From: Escherichia coli
Lineage (GTDB): Bacteria > Pseudomonadota > Gammaproteobacteria > Enterobacterales > Enterobacteriaceae
NCBI RefSeq assembly: GCF_044647545.1
Contig: NZ_CP172818.1
Length of the DNA stretch: 64,000 bases
Strand: one strand, 5' to 3'
The position numbers and the translations under genes were made by a program. This document shows, one piece after another, positions 49,447-62,500 of this stretch. Each line of letters opens with the position of its first letter. Position 1 is the stretch's first letter. Under the pieces are notes generated by a model, which did not search any database, was not told where the DNA came from, and worked only from the letters and a program-made list of their open reading frames with translations.

Positions 49447-50895
49447 ATGTTATCCGGCTATATTGCAGGAGCGATTATGAAACAAGAAGTTATCCTGGTA
49501 CTCGACTGTGGCGCGACCAATGTCAGGGCCATCGCGGTTAATCGGCAGGGAAAAATTGTTGCCCGCGCCTCAACGCCTAATGCCAGCGATATCGCGATGG
49601 AAAACAACACCTGGCACCAGTGGTCTTTAGACGCCATTTTGCAACGCTTTGCTGATTGCTGTCGGCAAATCAATAGTGAACTGACTGATTGCCACATCCG
49701 CGGTATCGCCGTCACCACCTTTGGTGTGGATGGCGCTCTGGTAGATAAGCAAGGCAATCTGCTCTATCCGATCATTAGCTGGAAATGTCCGCGAACAGCA
49801 GCGGTAATGGACAATATTGAACGGTTGATCTCCGCACAGCAGTTGCAGGCTATTTCTGGCGTCGGAGCCTTTAGTTTCAATACGTTATATAAGTTGGTGT
49901 GGTTGAAAGAAAATCATCCACAACTGCTGGAACGCGCGCACGCCTGGCTCTTTATTTCGTCGCTGATTAACCACCGTTTAACCGGCGAATTCACTACTGA
50001 TATTACGATGGCCGGAACCAGCCAGATGCTGGATATCCAGCAACGCGATTTCAGTCCGCAAATTTTACAAGCCACCGGTATTCCACGCCGACTCTTCCCT
50101 CGTCTGGTGGAAGCGGGTGAACAGATTGGTACGCTACAGAACAGCGCCGCAGCAATGCTCGGCTTATCCGTTGGCATACCGGTGATTTCCGCAGGTCACG
50201 ATACCCAGTTCGCTCTTTTTGGCGCTGGTGCCGAACAAAATGAACCCGTGCTCTCTTCCGGTACATGGGAAATTTTAATGGTCCGCAGCGCCCAGGTTGA
50301 TACTTCGCTGTTAAGTCAGTACGCCGGTTCCACCTGCGAACTGGATAGCCAGGCAGGGTTGTATAACCCAGGTATGCAATGGCTGGCATCCGGCGTGCTG
50401 GAATGGGTGAGAAAACTGTTCTGGACGGCTGAAACTCCCTGGCAAATGTTGATTGAAGAAGCTCGTCTGATCGCACCTGGCGCGGATGGTGTGAAAATGC
50501 AGTGTGATTTATTGTCGTGTCAGAACGCTGGCTGGCAAGGAGTGACGCTTAATACCACGCGGGGGCATTTCTATCGCGCGGCGCTGGAAGGGTTAACTGC
50601 GCAATTACAGCGCAATCTACAGATGCTGGAAAAAATCGGGCACTTTAAAGCCTCTGAATTATTGTTAGTCGGCGGAGGAAGTCGCAACACATTGTGGAAT
50701 CAGATTAAAGCCAATATGCTTGATATTCCGGTAAAAGTTCTCGACGACGCCGAAACGACCGTCGCAGGAGCTGCGCTGTTCGGTTGGTATGGCGTAGGGG
50801 AATTTAACAGCCCGGAAGAAGCCCGCGCGCAGATTCATTATCAGTACCGTTATTTCTACCCGCAAACTGAACCTGAATTTATAGAGGAAGTGTGA
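49447..50895 (+). CDS. fucK: L-fuculokinase
   Basis: 482-aa ORF (alternative internal start [21 protein letters not shown] at 49477); FGGY kinase. Confidence 0.92.
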
Positions 50896-50896
50896 A

Positions 50897-51319
50897 ATGC
50901 TGAAAACAATTTCGCCGTTAATTTCTCCCGAACTATTGAAAGTGCTGGCAGAGATGGGGCATGGAGATGAAATTATTTTTTCCGATGCTCACTTTCCCGC
51001 CCATTCGATGGGACCGCAGGTGATCCGCGCTGATGGCCTGTTGGTGAGTGACTTGCTCCAGGCGATTATCCCGTTATTTGAACTGGACAGTTATGCACCG
51101 CCGCTGGTGATGATGGCGGCGGTAGAAGGTGACACTCTCGATCCTGAAGTAGAACGACGTTATCGTAATGCGCTTTCACTACAAGCCCCCTGTCCTGACA
51201 TCATCCGCATCAATCGTTTTGCGTTTTATGAACGGGCGCAAAAAGCCTTTGCGATCGTTATCACAGGCGAACGAGCGAAGTACGGGAATATTCTTTTAAA
51301 AAAAGGGGTAACACCGTAA
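50897..51319 (+). CDS. fucU: L-fucose mutarotase
   Basis: 140-aa ORF (RbsD/FucU family). Confidence 0.92.
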
Positions 51320-51376
51320 TCTCATACCGGTACGCCCGCATGACGCGGGCGGTTATCGAATGATGGGGTGAAAAAT

Positions 51377-52108
51377 ATGAAAGCGGCACGCCAGCAAGCG
51401 ATAGTCGACCTGCTGCTGAACCATACCAGCCTGACCACGGAAGCTCTCTCTGAACAGCTAAAGGTCAGTAAAGAAACCATTCGTCGCGATCTCAATGAAT
51501 TACAGACGCAGGGTAAAATTCTGCGCAATCATGGACGCGCTAAATATATCCACCGTCAAAATCAAGACAGTGGCGATCCCTTTCACATCCGGTTGAAAAG
51601 CCATTATGCGCATAAAGCAGATATCGCGCGCGAGGCGCTCGCGTGGATTGAAGAAGGGATGGTAATAGCATTAGACGCCAGTTCAACCTGCTGGTATCTG
51701 GCACGCCAGTTGCCTGACATCAACATCCAGGTCTTCACCAATAGCCATCCGATTTGCCATGAACTCGGTAAACGTGAACGCATTCAACTGATCAGTTCCG
51801 GCGGCACACTTGAGCGCAAATATGGTTGTTACGTCAATCCCTCGCTGATTTCCCAGCTTAAATCGCTGGAAATCGATCTGTTTATTTTTTCTTGTGAAGG
51901 GATCGATAGCAGCGGCGCACTGTGGGACTCCAATGCCATCAACGCTGATTACAAATCAATGCTATTAAAACGCGCCGCACAATCGTTGTTATTGATTGAT
52001 AAAAGTAAATTTAATCGTTCAGGGGAAGCCCGCATCGGGCATCTGGATGAGGTCACGCACATTATTTCTGATGAGCGCCAGGTTGCAACTTCTTTGGTAA
52101 CAGCCTGA
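51377..52108 (+). CDS. fucR: DeoR-family activator of the fuc regulon
   Basis: ORF track 51368-52108; MKAARQQAIVDLLLNHTSLTTEALSEQL with an N-terminal HTH (243 aa). Confidence 0.92.
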   Translation: MKAARQQAIVDLLLNHTSLTTEALSEQLKVSKETIRRDLNELQTQGKILRNHGRAKYIHRQNQDSGDPFHIRLKSHYAHKADIAREALAWIEEGMVIALDASSTCWYLARQLPDINIQVFTNSHPICHELGKRERIQLISSGGTLERKYGCYVNPSLISQLKSLEIDLFIFSCEGIDSSGALWDSNAINADYKSMLLKRAAQSLLLIDKSKFNRSGEARIGHLDEVTHIISDERQVATSLVTA

Positions 52109-52151
52109 CGGAAAGGGTAGCAGGCCGGAGACGACGCCCCGGCCTTGCCTG

Positions 52152-53252
52152 TTATCGCTCGTCGCGACGACCACCCACCGCAGCCCAGATACGGCGGACG
52201 TGCACCGTCACTTCTTCGCGATCGTGATACAACTGCCGCGCCTGGATCTGAGCATTTATGCCATGTTCATCAAGCTGTGCCTGAATATACGCCAGATTGT
52301 GTGACACTTCTTCGTAGCGTTTTTTCATCGGCAGTTTGAGGTTGAAAATGCTTTCACGGCACCAGCCATTAACCAGCCACTGCGCCATCAATGCCGCAAC
52401 TTTCGCCGGTTTTTCAACCATATCGCATACCATCCAGGAGATATTGCTGCGTGTCGGACGGAATTTGAAACCGTCTTCCCGCAGCCACGTCACCTGTCCG
52501 GTATCCATCAGACTTTGCGCCATCGGGCCGTTGTCGACGGAATAAACCCACATGTTGCGCTTCACCAGTTGGTAGGTCCAGCCGCCTGGGCAAGCGCCCA
52601 AATCCACCGCCCACATCCCGTTCGCCAGGCGTTCATCCCACTCATCCGCGGGAATAAACACATGAAATGCCTCTTCCAGTTTGAGCGTGGAACGACTCGG
52701 CGCATCTGCCGGAAATTTCAGGCGCGGAATGCCCATATAGAACGGCGAATTATTGTTGCTGTATGAGTAACCGGTATAGCAACAGCCTGGTGCAATAAAG
52801 AATACATGCACAACCGGACGCTTCGGCGTTTCATAGTTCGCCAGCACCCCCGCATCACGCAAGGCAGCGCGTAGCGGCACGGTGAATTTACGGCAGAATT
52901 TCAGCAACTCTTTGCTTTCGTTGGTATCGGCAACTTCAACACGCAGTTCACCGCCCTTCTCTACTACGCCCTGTAACATACCGACAATGGGGGTAATACG
53001 ATCTTCAGGCGGCAAATGCTGCAGGAGTTCCCCCACCACAAACCACTGGCGGGCAAAAATTAATGAACTGAACGGCAGCTCACGGATTAACTTATCGCCA
53101 TCATCAGGTTGATAACATTCATAAATGACATAACCCGCATTCTCTTTCACGCGGGCAAAACCGAAAATTTCCCGCTGACCGGCTTTATCGGTAATTTCTG
53201 CGGCGCACTCTTTTTCAAAGCCCGGACGGCACAGCAATACAACCTTATTCAT
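52152..53252 (-). CDS. rlmM: 23S rRNA 2'-O-ribose C2498 methyltransferase
   Basis: 366-aa ORF beginning [25 protein letters not shown]. Confidence 0.9.
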   Translation of the reverse strand: MNKVVLLCRPGFEKECAAEITDKAGQREIFGFARVKENAGYVIYECYQPDDGDKLIRELPFSSLIFARQWFVVGELLQHLPPEDRITPIVGMLQGVVEKGGELRVEVADTNESKELLKFCRKFTVPLRAALRDAGVLANYETPKRPVVHVFFIAPGCCYTGYSYSNNNSPFYMGIPRLKFPADAPSRSTLKLEEAFHVFIPADEWDERLANGMWAVDLGACPGGWTYQLVKRNMWVYSVDNGPMAQSLMDTGQVTWLREDGFKFRPTRSNISWMVCDMVEKPAKVAALMAQWLVNGWCRESIFNLKLPMKKRYEEVSHNLAYIQAQLDEHGINAQIQARQLYHDREEVTVHVRRIWAAVGGRRDER

Positions 53253-53640
53253 GACTTACGCCCTTGCGCTTTAAACGGATAGCACCAACTAACATTAACG
53301 CCCAGCCCGCAAGGAAGCTCACGCCGCCAACCGGTGTGACAAACGCCCACAAACGCAGATGGGACAGCGCCAGGCAATAAAGGCTGCCGCTGAACAGCAC
53401 CGTGCCTAACGCGAGGAAAACGCTACTCCAGTAAAACCAGATACTGATGCGACGCTGCATTGCCACCGCCAGACCTAAGATCGCCAGCGTGTGGAACGCC
53501 TGGTATTCGAGACCGGTCTGGATCCAGCCCATCTCAACGGCCCCCATGGTTTTACTTAACACATGCGCGCCAAAAGCGCCCAGAGCCACAAAAATGAAGC
53601 CGCTAATGGCGGCGAAAATCAGCATAAAACGGCTGGTCAT
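53245..53640 (-). CDS. ygdD: DUF423 inner-membrane protein
   Basis: 131-aa hydrophobic ORF; overlaps the rlmM start by 8 bp. Confidence 0.85.
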   Translation of the reverse strand: MTSRFMLIFAAISGFIFVALGAFGAHVLSKTMGAVEMGWIQTGLEYQAFHTLAILGLAVAMQRRISIWFYWSSVFLALGTVLFSGSLYCLALSHLRLWAFVTPVGGVSFLAGWALMLVGAIRLKRKGVSHE

Positions 53641-53658
53641 GGTCGTACCCTACGTAAA

Positions 53659-54576
53659 TTATTGTTCATAACGAAAGCGGAATTTTTCTTGTTCAGCAGC
53701 GGCTTTCGCCAGGATCCATTGACGAAAGGCGGCTATTTTACCCAGTTCTGCCTGGCTGTCATGACAAACCAGATAAAAAGCGTTTTTACTGACCAGAACA
53801 TCATTAAACGGGCAAACAAGACGTCCGGCTTCAATTTCAGATTGCGCCATCACGTTATTTGCCAGCGCCACTCCCTGCCCGTGGATAGCCGCTTGCAGCA
53901 CCATGGCGCTATGGCTAAAAATTGGCCCTTGCTGAACGTTGATATGATTTAACCCCAACTGTCGGGTATATGTCTGCCAGTCACGGCGTGACGCATCATG
54001 TAATAACGTATGTTTAGCCAGATCTTCCGGGGTCTTCAAGGGTTTTTCGCCAGTCAGCAGTAGCGGCGAACACACCGGCAATAAATATTCGGCGTACAGT
54101 TTTTCCACCCGTAGCCCCGGCCAGTTGCCACGACCATAAAATATCGCCACATCAACATCATCCGCCAGCTTATCTTCCTGACGATCAACCGCCTGGATTC
54201 GAACGTCAATTCCCGGATAAGCTGAATTAAAGCTGGAAAGTCGCGGAACCAACCAATGAATGGCGAAACTGGGGAGTAAACTGACCGTCAACGCCCCCTT
54301 GGCGCTACGGGCCTGGAGTTTACGCGTCGCTTCGGTTAATTGCGAAAATATCTCTTTGATATCGAGGAAATAGCTTTGCCCTTCCTCGGTCAGCAGGAGT
54401 GAACGATTACGGCGGCGGAACAGTTTTAGCCCCAAAAAATCCTCAAGAGACTTGATTTGATGACTTACTGCGGCCTGGGTCACAAAAAGCTCTTCTGCTG
54501 CGCGAGTGAAACTTAAATGGCGTGCTGCGGCATCAAAAACTCGTAAGGCATTTAGCGGTGGTAATCGTTTAGACAT
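53659..54576 (-). CDS. gcvA: LysR-family regulator of the glycine cleavage system
   Basis: 305-aa ORF; N-terminal LysR HTH (MSKRLPPLNALRVFDAAARHLSFTRAAEELFVTQAAVSHQI). Confidence 0.95.
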   Translation of the reverse strand: MSKRLPPLNALRVFDAAARHLSFTRAAEELFVTQAAVSHQIKSLEDFLGLKLFRRRNRSLLLTEEGQSYFLDIKEIFSQLTEATRKLQARSAKGALTVSLLPSFAIHWLVPRLSSFNSAYPGIDVRIQAVDRQEDKLADDVDVAIFYGRGNWPGLRVEKLYAEYLLPVCSPLLLTGEKPLKTPEDLAKHTLLHDASRRDWQTYTRQLGLNHINVQQGPIFSHSAMVLQAAIHGQGVALANNVMAQSEIEAGRLVCPFNDVLVSKNAFYLVCHDSQAELGKIAAFRQWILAKAAAEQEKFRFRYEQ

Positions 54577-54704
54577 GGCTTTTAAACTTTGATGTTAAAT
54601 GAATTTAACAATTAGATCACACTGTGTAACCTATTAGTTTTTTTAATCTGAGCCATTATAAATTGTCCGTTGAGCTTCTACCAGCAAATACCTATAGTGG
54701 CGGC

Positions 54705-54910
54705 ACTTCCTGAGCCGGAACGAAAAGTTTTATCGGAATGCGTGTTCTGGTGAACTTTTGGCTTACGGTTGTGATGTTGTGTTGTTGTGTTTGCAATTGG
54801 TCTGCGATTCAGACCATGGTAGCAAAGCTACCTTTTTTCACTTCCTGTACATTTACCCTGTCTGTCCATAGTGATTAATGTAGCACCGCCTAATTGCGGT
54901 GCTTTTTTTT
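54705..54910 (+). ncRNA. gcvB: GcvB small RNA
   Basis: acttcctgagccggaacgaaaag...; GU-rich seed gttgtgatgttgtgttgttgtgtttgc; terminator gcaccgcctaattgcggtgc + T8; divergent from gcvA. Confidence 0.92.
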
Positions 54911-54926
54911 ACCTTGCGATCGCGAA

Positions 54927-55154
54927 TTACTGATCCAGTTCGACCATCTCTTTCACGTCAGTACGGTTGATCTGCTGTTTGTTGCCATTAGCGTCTTTAT
55001 ACGAAATCATACCGGTATCGTTATCAGTCTGTGGTTTGCCGTCAGAGACGATGGTACGTCCGTCATTGGTGTGCATCACATAGTTCGAACCGGAACAGGC
55101 GCTCAGGGCAAAAGTCAGCATACAGGCAGAAATAATTGCGGCAGTCTTTTTCAT
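54927..55154 (-). CDS. ygdI: DUF903 lipoprotein
   Basis: 75-aa ORF with lipobox (LSAC) after a signal peptide. Confidence 0.85.
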   Translation of the reverse strand: MKKTAAIISACMLTFALSACSGSNYVMHTNDGRTIVSDGKPQTDNDTGMISYKDANGNKQQINRTDVKEMVELDQ

Positions 55155-55345
55155 CATCTTCTCCTTAAAGCGATTAATAAATCTTAATAGTATTGATTAA
55201 CAGGCTAAAATTAACGCCTAACACTATTCAGCATATGTTACTGACGCGGCTTCGCCAGGATATCCAGATAATTCTGATGGTTAGCACTCTCCTTGTATCA
55301 AAGTGAATTTTGCGTCACGATCGGTGCATCAAGCCGAGGAGTACC

Positions 55346-56551
55346 ATGAACGTTTTTAATCCCGCGCAGTTTCGCGCCCAGTTTCCCGCGCTACAGGATG
55401 CGGGCGTCTATCTCGACAGCGCCGCGACCGCGCTTAAACCTGAAGCCGTGGTTGAAGCCACCCGACAGTTTTATAGCCTGAGCGCCGGAAACGTCCATCG
55501 CAGCCAGTTTGCCGAAGCCCAACGCCTGACCGCGCGTTACGAAGCTGCGCGGGAAAAAGTGGCACAATTACTGAATGCACCGGATGACAAAAATATCGTC
55601 TGGACGCGCGGCACCACTGAATCCATCAACATGGTGGCACAATGCTATGCGCGTCCGCGTCTGCAACCGGGCGATGAGATTATTGTCAGCGTGGCAGAAC
55701 ACCACGCTAACCTCGTCCCCTGGCTGATGGTCGCCCAACAAACGGGAGCCCAAGTGGTGAAATTGCCGCTTAATGCGCAGCGATTGCCGGATGTCGATTT
55801 GTTGCCAGAACTGATCACACCTCGTAGTCGAATTCTTGCTCTGGGACAAATGTCGAACGTCACTGGCGGTTGCCCGGATCTGGCGCAAGCGATTACCTTT
55901 GCTCATTCAGCCGGGATGGTGGTGATGGTTGATGGTGCTCAGGGGGCGGTGCATTTCCCTGCGGATGTTCAGCAACTGGATATCGATTTCTATGCTTTCT
56001 CTGGTCACAAACTGTATGGCCCGACAGGCATCGGCGTGCTGTATGGCAAATCAGAACTGCTGGAAGCGATGTCACCCTGGCTGGGTGGCGGCAAAATGAT
56101 TCACGAAGTGAGTTTTGACGGCTTCACGACTCAATCTGCGCCGTGGAAACTGGAAGCCGGAACGCCAAATGTCGCTGGTGTTATAGGATTAAGCGCGGCG
56201 CTGGAATGGCTGGCAGATTACGATATCAACCAGGCCGAAAGCTGGAGCCGTAGCTTAGCAACGCTGGCGGAAGATGCGCTGGCAAAACGTCCTGGCTTCC
56301 GCTCATTTCGCTGCCAGGATTCCAGCCTGCTGGCCTTTGATTTTGCTGGAGTTCATCACAGCGATATGGTGACACTGCTGGCGGAGTACGGTATTGCCCT
56401 GCGCGCCGGGCAGCATTGCGCTCAGCCGCTACTGGCAGAATTAGGCGTAACCGGCACACTGCGCGCCTCTTTTGCGCCATATAATACAAAGAGTGATGTG
56501 GATGCGCTGGTGAATGCCGTTGACCGCGCGCTGGAATTATTGGTGGATTAA
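55346..56551 (+). CDS. csdA: cysteine sulfinate desulfinase / cysteine desulfurase
   Basis: ORF track 55310-56551; [16 protein letters not shown]...; PLP-dependent class V aminotransferase. Confidence 0.93.
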   Translation: MNVFNPAQFRAQFPALQDAGVYLDSAATALKPEAVVEATRQFYSLSAGNVHRSQFAEAQRLTARYEAAREKVAQLLNAPDDKNIVWTRGTTESINMVAQCYARPRLQPGDEIIVSVAEHHANLVPWLMVAQQTGAQVVKLPLNAQRLPDVDLLPELITPRSRILALGQMSNVTGGCPDLAQAITFAHSAGMVVMVDGAQGAVHFPADVQQLDIDFYAFSGHKLYGPTGIGVLYGKSELLEAMSPWLGGGKMIHEVSFDGFTTQSAPWKLEAGTPNVAGVIGLSAALEWLADYDINQAESWSRSLATLAEDALAKRPGFRSFRCQDSSLLAFDFAGVHHSDMVTLLAEYGIALRAGQHCAQPLLAELGVTGTLRASFAPYNTKSDVDALVNAVDRALELLVD

Positions 56552-56994
56552 TGACGAACCCGCAATTCGCCGGACATCCGTTCGGCACAACCGTAACCGC
56601 AGAAACGTTACGCAATACCTTCGCACCGTTGACGCAATGGGAAGATAAATATCGCCAGTTGATCATGCTGGGGAAACAGCTTCCGGCTTTGCCAGACGAG
56701 TTAAAAGCGCAGGCTAAAGAGATTGCCGGATGCGAAAACCGCGTCTGGCTGGGATATACCGTGGCTGAAAACGGTAAAATGCACTTCTTTGGCGACAGCG
56801 AAGGGCGCATTGTGCGCGGCCTGCTGGCGGTGTTGTTGACTGCCGTTGAGGGCAAAACCGCCGCCGAATTGCAGGCACAGTCGCCGCTGGCATTGTTTGA
56901 TGAGCTGGGATTGCGTGCGCAACTTAGCGCCTCACGCAGCCAGGGGTTGAATGCGTTAAGCGAGGCGATTATCGCTGCGGCGAAGCAGGTTTAA
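56551..56994 (+). CDS. csdE: sulfur acceptor protein (SufE-like)
   Basis: 147-aa ORF; start overlaps the csdA stop. Confidence 0.9.
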   Translation: MTNPQFAGHPFGTTVTAETLRNTFAPLTQWEDKYRQLIMLGKQLPALPDELKAQAKEIAGCENRVWLGYTVAENGKMHFFGDSEGRIVRGLLAVLLTAVEGKTAAELQAQSPLALFDELGLRAQLSASRSQGLNALSEAIIAAAKQV

Positions 56995-57044
56995 GCACAG
57001 AACCGGGTCGGAAAGGACGTTTGCGTCGCATCCGACCTGATTGT

Positions 57045-57851
57045 TTACCCCTGACGCGCCGCTTTCGCCATCATCTTCTTCAGCGCATGAGAAACCGCAA
57101 CAAAACCAAAGGTGGCGGTCACCATCGTCGCGGCACCAAATCCAGATGCACAATCCATCCGCTTTGGCCCTTCCGCCGTAGCTTTCATTGCACAGACCGT
57201 GCCATCTGACTGCGGGTACACCAATGCTTCGGTAGAGAACACGCAATCCACGCCGAGCTTACCTTTACTGTTTTTCACTATGCCAAAATCGCTTTTCAGG
57301 CGCTCACGCAACTTCGCCGCCAGCGGGTCCTGAATCGTTTTCGCCAGATCGGTAACCTGAATCTGCGTCGGGTCAATCTGCCCACCCGCGCCACCGGTTG
57401 TGACCAGTGGGATTTTATTGCGCCGACAATAAGCAATCAGCGCCGCTTTGGGCCGTACACTATCAATGGCATCAATCACGTACGAATAACCCACGCTCAT
57501 ATACTGCGCTACGTTATCCGGCGTCACGAAATCATCCACCACCGTTACACGGCACTCCGGGTTAATCTGGCGAATACGCTCCGCCATAACTTCCGCTTTT
57601 GCCAGCCCAACGTTATCGCGCAGGGCATGAATTTGCCGATTGGTATTGGTGACGCACACATCATCCATATCGATAAGCGTGATTGAGCCAATCCCCGTGC
57701 GCGCCAGCGCTTCCGCCGCCCAGGAACCGACACCACCGATACCAACCACACAAATATGCGCGTCAGCAAACAGTTGCAATGCTTTTTCACCATACAGACG
57801 CGCTGTGCCACCAAAACGCTGACGCCATGCATCACTAATTACCACAGACAT
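57045..57851 (-). CDS. tcdA: tRNA threonylcarbamoyladenosine dehydratase (E1-like)
   Basis: 268-aa ORF with ThiF/MoeB-like GxGxxG (VVGIGGVGSWAAEALARTGIG). Confidence 0.9.
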   Translation of the reverse strand: MSVVISDAWRQRFGGTARLYGEKALQLFADAHICVVGIGGVGSWAAEALARTGIGSITLIDMDDVCVTNTNRQIHALRDNVGLAKAEVMAERIRQINPECRVTVVDDFVTPDNVAQYMSVGYSYVIDAIDSVRPKAALIAYCRRNKIPLVTTGGAGGQIDPTQIQVTDLAKTIQDPLAAKLRERLKSDFGIVKNSKGKLGVDCVFSTEALVYPQSDGTVCAMKATAEGPKRMDCASGFGAATMVTATFGFVAVSHALKKMMAKAARQG

Positions 57852-57926
57852 AGCACCTCAGAATTAAAAAGGGCGAGGTTTCCCTCACCCTGTCGTATCC
57901 GTCAAAACGGTATACAGAATAACACA

Positions 57927-59024
57927 TCAGCCGCTAAAGACGTTACCTGCGCCCGGGGCGGTTTTCAGCACCCAAACACGTCCATAGTGGTTGTACCAAC
58001 CTGCGCGGTGTCCGGCTTCCGGCCCGATACCTTGATAAATATCGAAGTGTTGGCCTTTGATTGCACCACCGACATCCAACGCCACCATCAGCCGTAGTTC
58101 GTACTGACCGTTAAATTTGCCGTTATTATCCAGCAGCGGCACTTCTGCCAGTAAGGTTGTACCAGGCGGGATAATGGAACGATCGGACGCAACTGAAGCG
58201 CGACCAACCAGCGGCACCGCACTTGCCCCTTTCACCGGAGCAAAAGATTGCGGTTTAAAGAAGACGAAAGACGGGTTCTGTTCCAGCAGCTCGCGAACCT
58301 CGGCTTCACTGTGTGTTTCACCCCAGTGACGAATCGCCTGCATCGACATATCTTCTTTTTTCACTTCGCCACGGTCGATCAGCACCTTACCAATGCTGCG
58401 ATAGGCATGACCGTTTTTCCCTGCATAGCTGAAAAAGTTAAGCGGACTGCCATCACCAAAGTCGATATACCCACTACCCTGCACATCCATAATGAAGTTA
58501 TCCATCAGAGAGTTGCTGTAAGCGAGGATGTATTTATCGCTCAATGCCCCCGCGTAGATCTCCGCACGAGACGGCAGACGACCACGTTTTGGCGGCATAC
58601 GGTAAATCGGATACTGAAACTCGCCCTGGCGGGTATGGCGCGCCTGAATTACTGGCGTGTAATAACCGGTAAACTGCACGTTACCATAGTTGTCGGCACC
58701 TTCCATCTGCCAGGCATCAATGCCGAACTGGCGCATATTGCGGGTATCACCGCCTGCGCGCAGCCACTCTTGCACCGCGTTATAAACATTACTCTGGTTG
58801 CCATACAGACGCGGTGACGAATTACGGATATGGTTAATTTGCTCGGCAAAATCACCGGCGTTAATCGGCGCGCCAACGGCATCTGGCTGGTTCACCAGAG
58901 AGAAAGGCTGGGTAAATTTCCCGTCTTTATATTGCTGTCCGCGATCGGTTGGTTTGGAAGAGCAGGCGGCAAGCATTGCCACAACCGTGCCCATAAGAAG
59001 GTACTTTACCCAACGTCCTTTCAT
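57927..59024 (-). CDS. mltA: membrane-bound lytic murein transglycosylase A
   Basis: ORF track extends to 59306, but the real protein starts MKGRWVKYLLMGTVVAMLAACSS (lipoprotein signal) at 59024 (365 aa). Confidence 0.92.
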   Translation of the reverse strand: MKGRWVKYLLMGTVVAMLAACSSKPTDRGQQYKDGKFTQPFSLVNQPDAVGAPINAGDFAEQINHIRNSSPRLYGNQSNVYNAVQEWLRAGGDTRNMRQFGIDAWQMEGADNYGNVQFTGYYTPVIQARHTRQGEFQYPIYRMPPKRGRLPSRAEIYAGALSDKYILAYSNSLMDNFIMDVQGSGYIDFGDGSPLNFFSYAGKNGHAYRSIGKVLIDRGEVKKEDMSMQAIRHWGETHSEAEVRELLEQNPSFVFFKPQSFAPVKGASAVPLVGRASVASDRSIIPPGTTLLAEVPLLDNNGKFNGQYELRLMVALDVGGAIKGQHFDIYQGIGPEAGHRAGWYNHYGRVWVLKTAPGAGNVFSG

Positions 59025-59232
59025 TGTTCTCTTCTTCAGGTTAAAAAATAAGGCGCAACGAAGATAACAAACCGCCGCGTTTAATGAAATGAGCAGCCTC
59101 TCCCTGACGCAAATTTTGCACAAAAACCAGGCTTTAGTGATTTGTTTTTGCTCAAAATCATACCAAATCCGTGATCTGGGTAAAAAAAAGGTTGCATGAA
59201 AACGCGAGCGGAGTATAGTGCGCATCCACGGA

Positions 59233-59309
<77 letters not shown>

Positions 59310-59342
59310 ATTAAAATTTGATGAAGTAAAGCAGTACGGTGA

Positions 59343-59419
<77 letters not shown>

Positions 59420-59452
59420 ATCAAAATTTAATGAAGTAAAGTAGTACGGTGA

Positions 59453-59529
<77 letters not shown>

Positions 59530-62500
59530 ATTATCTGAATACCCAAGTTTTCACAATCGTTTTTTTTATTTAAATCTTTCCTGAATCACAAAGTTTTTTA
59601 TCTCCCTTCCTCGAATAATCAATTACACTAAATTATCCCTTTCTGTATACTCAATCCCCGATATCCTTGTAATGATATTTTCATTACATCTAAATTCCCA
59701 ACGTTCAACTAAACACATCCACCCCAAAACATTTCTTCTTCAATCACCTAATAAACCCCTCATCCACAACTCCCCCCATTGATGATCAACACATCCATCA
59801 TCACAAATATTTATACTAATAAATCTCCACTCAAAAAAACAAAAAACAATGATGAATCGACTCATAAAATATCTTCAATTATACAAATGAATCCACTTTT
59901 CACAACTAATCTTTTTTCAAAACTAAAACTCAACATCAAAACAATAACCTTCCCATTTTTCCAATATCGTACCAACACAATACGTTTACCTTTAACCCAC
60001 CATCACTCACCCATACCATTTTCATCCATGATACACCGATATTTTCATCCCGAAATAATCCAATGATAAATTCCCAACCATTTGAATTAATCCCAACCAT
60101 TATTACAATAATACTATTCCTCCACGAAATCAATATTTCTATCCCCTCCCGAATCTCGATATTATTTTCACACCAACACAATAACTTCCCCTATAACAAT
60201 CTTCCCAACCCAAATAATCTCTAATCATATTCTATTTAACAATCCCACATTATTCTTAATAATAAATTAAAATTATTCTCTCTACAACCCAAAACACTCT
60301 AAAACACTACCAAACATTTTTATACACACTCACTTCAAAAACCACCCCAAAAATACTTACTGTATTTATATTTTAAATTATGAATTTCTTTAACCATCAC
60401 CCCTGATGATAAACCGAAACACACATAAATTTTTTCAATTCAAATCAACCCACCCATCACCAACAACCAAACAACATCCACACATATCTAAACTAAATTA
60501 TCCCCTCACTTTACGATTTCAACAATAAATCACAACTTACCAACATATATACTAAAAAATCAAATAATTACCCATTTTTTTCAACACATTCCCAATTTCC
60601 CTCTCACACTTTTGAAATAAAATAACAACATCTCTTCCCACATCCAATCCTGTACCCTCCTACCTAACAAAAAACGAATCCTACTCAAAATCCGATTTTC
60701 CAATAAACCGACTTACCAACACCAATAAAAACAACTTTTCCCTACAAATTTATACTTTAATTAAAACGAATCAAAATATCAATAACTCTCTACTTAATTC
60801 TTACATAAAATTTTAATAATATATCTTATTCATTTTTATTCTCCCTGATTAATATTTTTAATTACACTCACAAACCGTAACCCCATATATAATTTTTCTC
60901 ACCCACCATTCAAGAATACCCTCCCCCTCCGTTCCATAACATCCCCCCATAACCATTTCCTTCATGAATTAACACTTAAAATTCATCAAAAGATAACCAA
61001 TACAAACAATCTACCAAAAAAACAACATCACTCCTACATCAATTCAATATTTTATTCAATACTAATTGAATTAACAATATTCTTTAATGATTTACATCCC
61101 AATCTAACAATAAACAATTATATTCATACTATGGATTTACAAAACTATACGATATCTTCTAACTTATGATTAAAATTACTCATTAAATCATAAGATCTTA
61201 TCAAATTAAATTCATATCATTATACTACTACTTTTTCTTTTTTTATTTTAACCGATGTAACTACTCATTAAAAACAAAATCACTATGATTTCATCTAACA
61301 TAACAAATTATCCTTAACCACATTTTATATTCTTCTTCCACCAACTTCCTCGTTATGAGATTACATAATAACACCATCTCTTTTATCTTAAACAAATCCC
61401 ATTATACTACCCCCCTCATTTTTTATAATCAAAACTTCAAATATTCCCTATTTTTTACATCAAAAACATTAAACATTAAAAACAAATATTATCACACGAT
61501 CAATAATCTATTCTTTTCAATAATACATCACATCTATATTATCCATTCATTTTATCTTTTATATTTTATAAACCATTTACTACCATTCAATATTCACATT
61601 CAAACAGTACCTAAAATCTTTCCAAGTTTTCTTAATCCCTACACACTTCTTATCAAATCCATATCTAAATAAAATGTAATACATCTTTTACACCAAATCT
61701 CCCCAAAATCCCATTTACAATATTTCCTTCAAACAGTATTAAAAACATCCATCACATATCCATTATTATCCATATCCACCAACATGACTTTATACCGATA
61801 ATATTTATATTTTATCAATTTAATATAATTCCCCACTCTTTTTATTCTCCTCAATCAACCCATATCGATTTTAAACTAAAGATACCAATTATCCAGATTT
61901 AATATTCTCTTTACCACAATCCTTAACATCTCTCTCTTCACTCTATTTATCAACGTATATCCCTATACTATCCTCATACTTCACTACAATACTCTTCACC
62001 ACTCATCAGTTAAATTTAAAATACAACAACACAAAGTAATAAATAAAAAATACCACTTCGACACACACCTATTCAACTTTCTTCCACCAAACCCAAACTA
62101 ATAAATTGAATCAACCCATAAATCCCATCTTCACCCCATAACAAACACGAATCCATTCATAAATCATAAACAAACACATACTACAAATAAAAAAAATCCA
62201 ACTCCTACCCCCAATAATGATTAACACCCCAAATAACAATCTTTATACTTTTCTTTTACATACATCGATACACCACCCACCACCAACATACTAATCATCA
62301 TTTCTTTCCATTTTCCCCCAAACCACAATACCATTCTCTACACCCATAAAATCATCCATAATACTCTCCCCCAATCACACCTAAACCGACGTAAACAAAA
62401 ATCACCAGATTTTAACCAAAAAACTCACTCCAACTCATAAAAAATAACCGAACAACCGAATATATCATCCAATGACATGAAAATTAAAAACCCAATAAAA

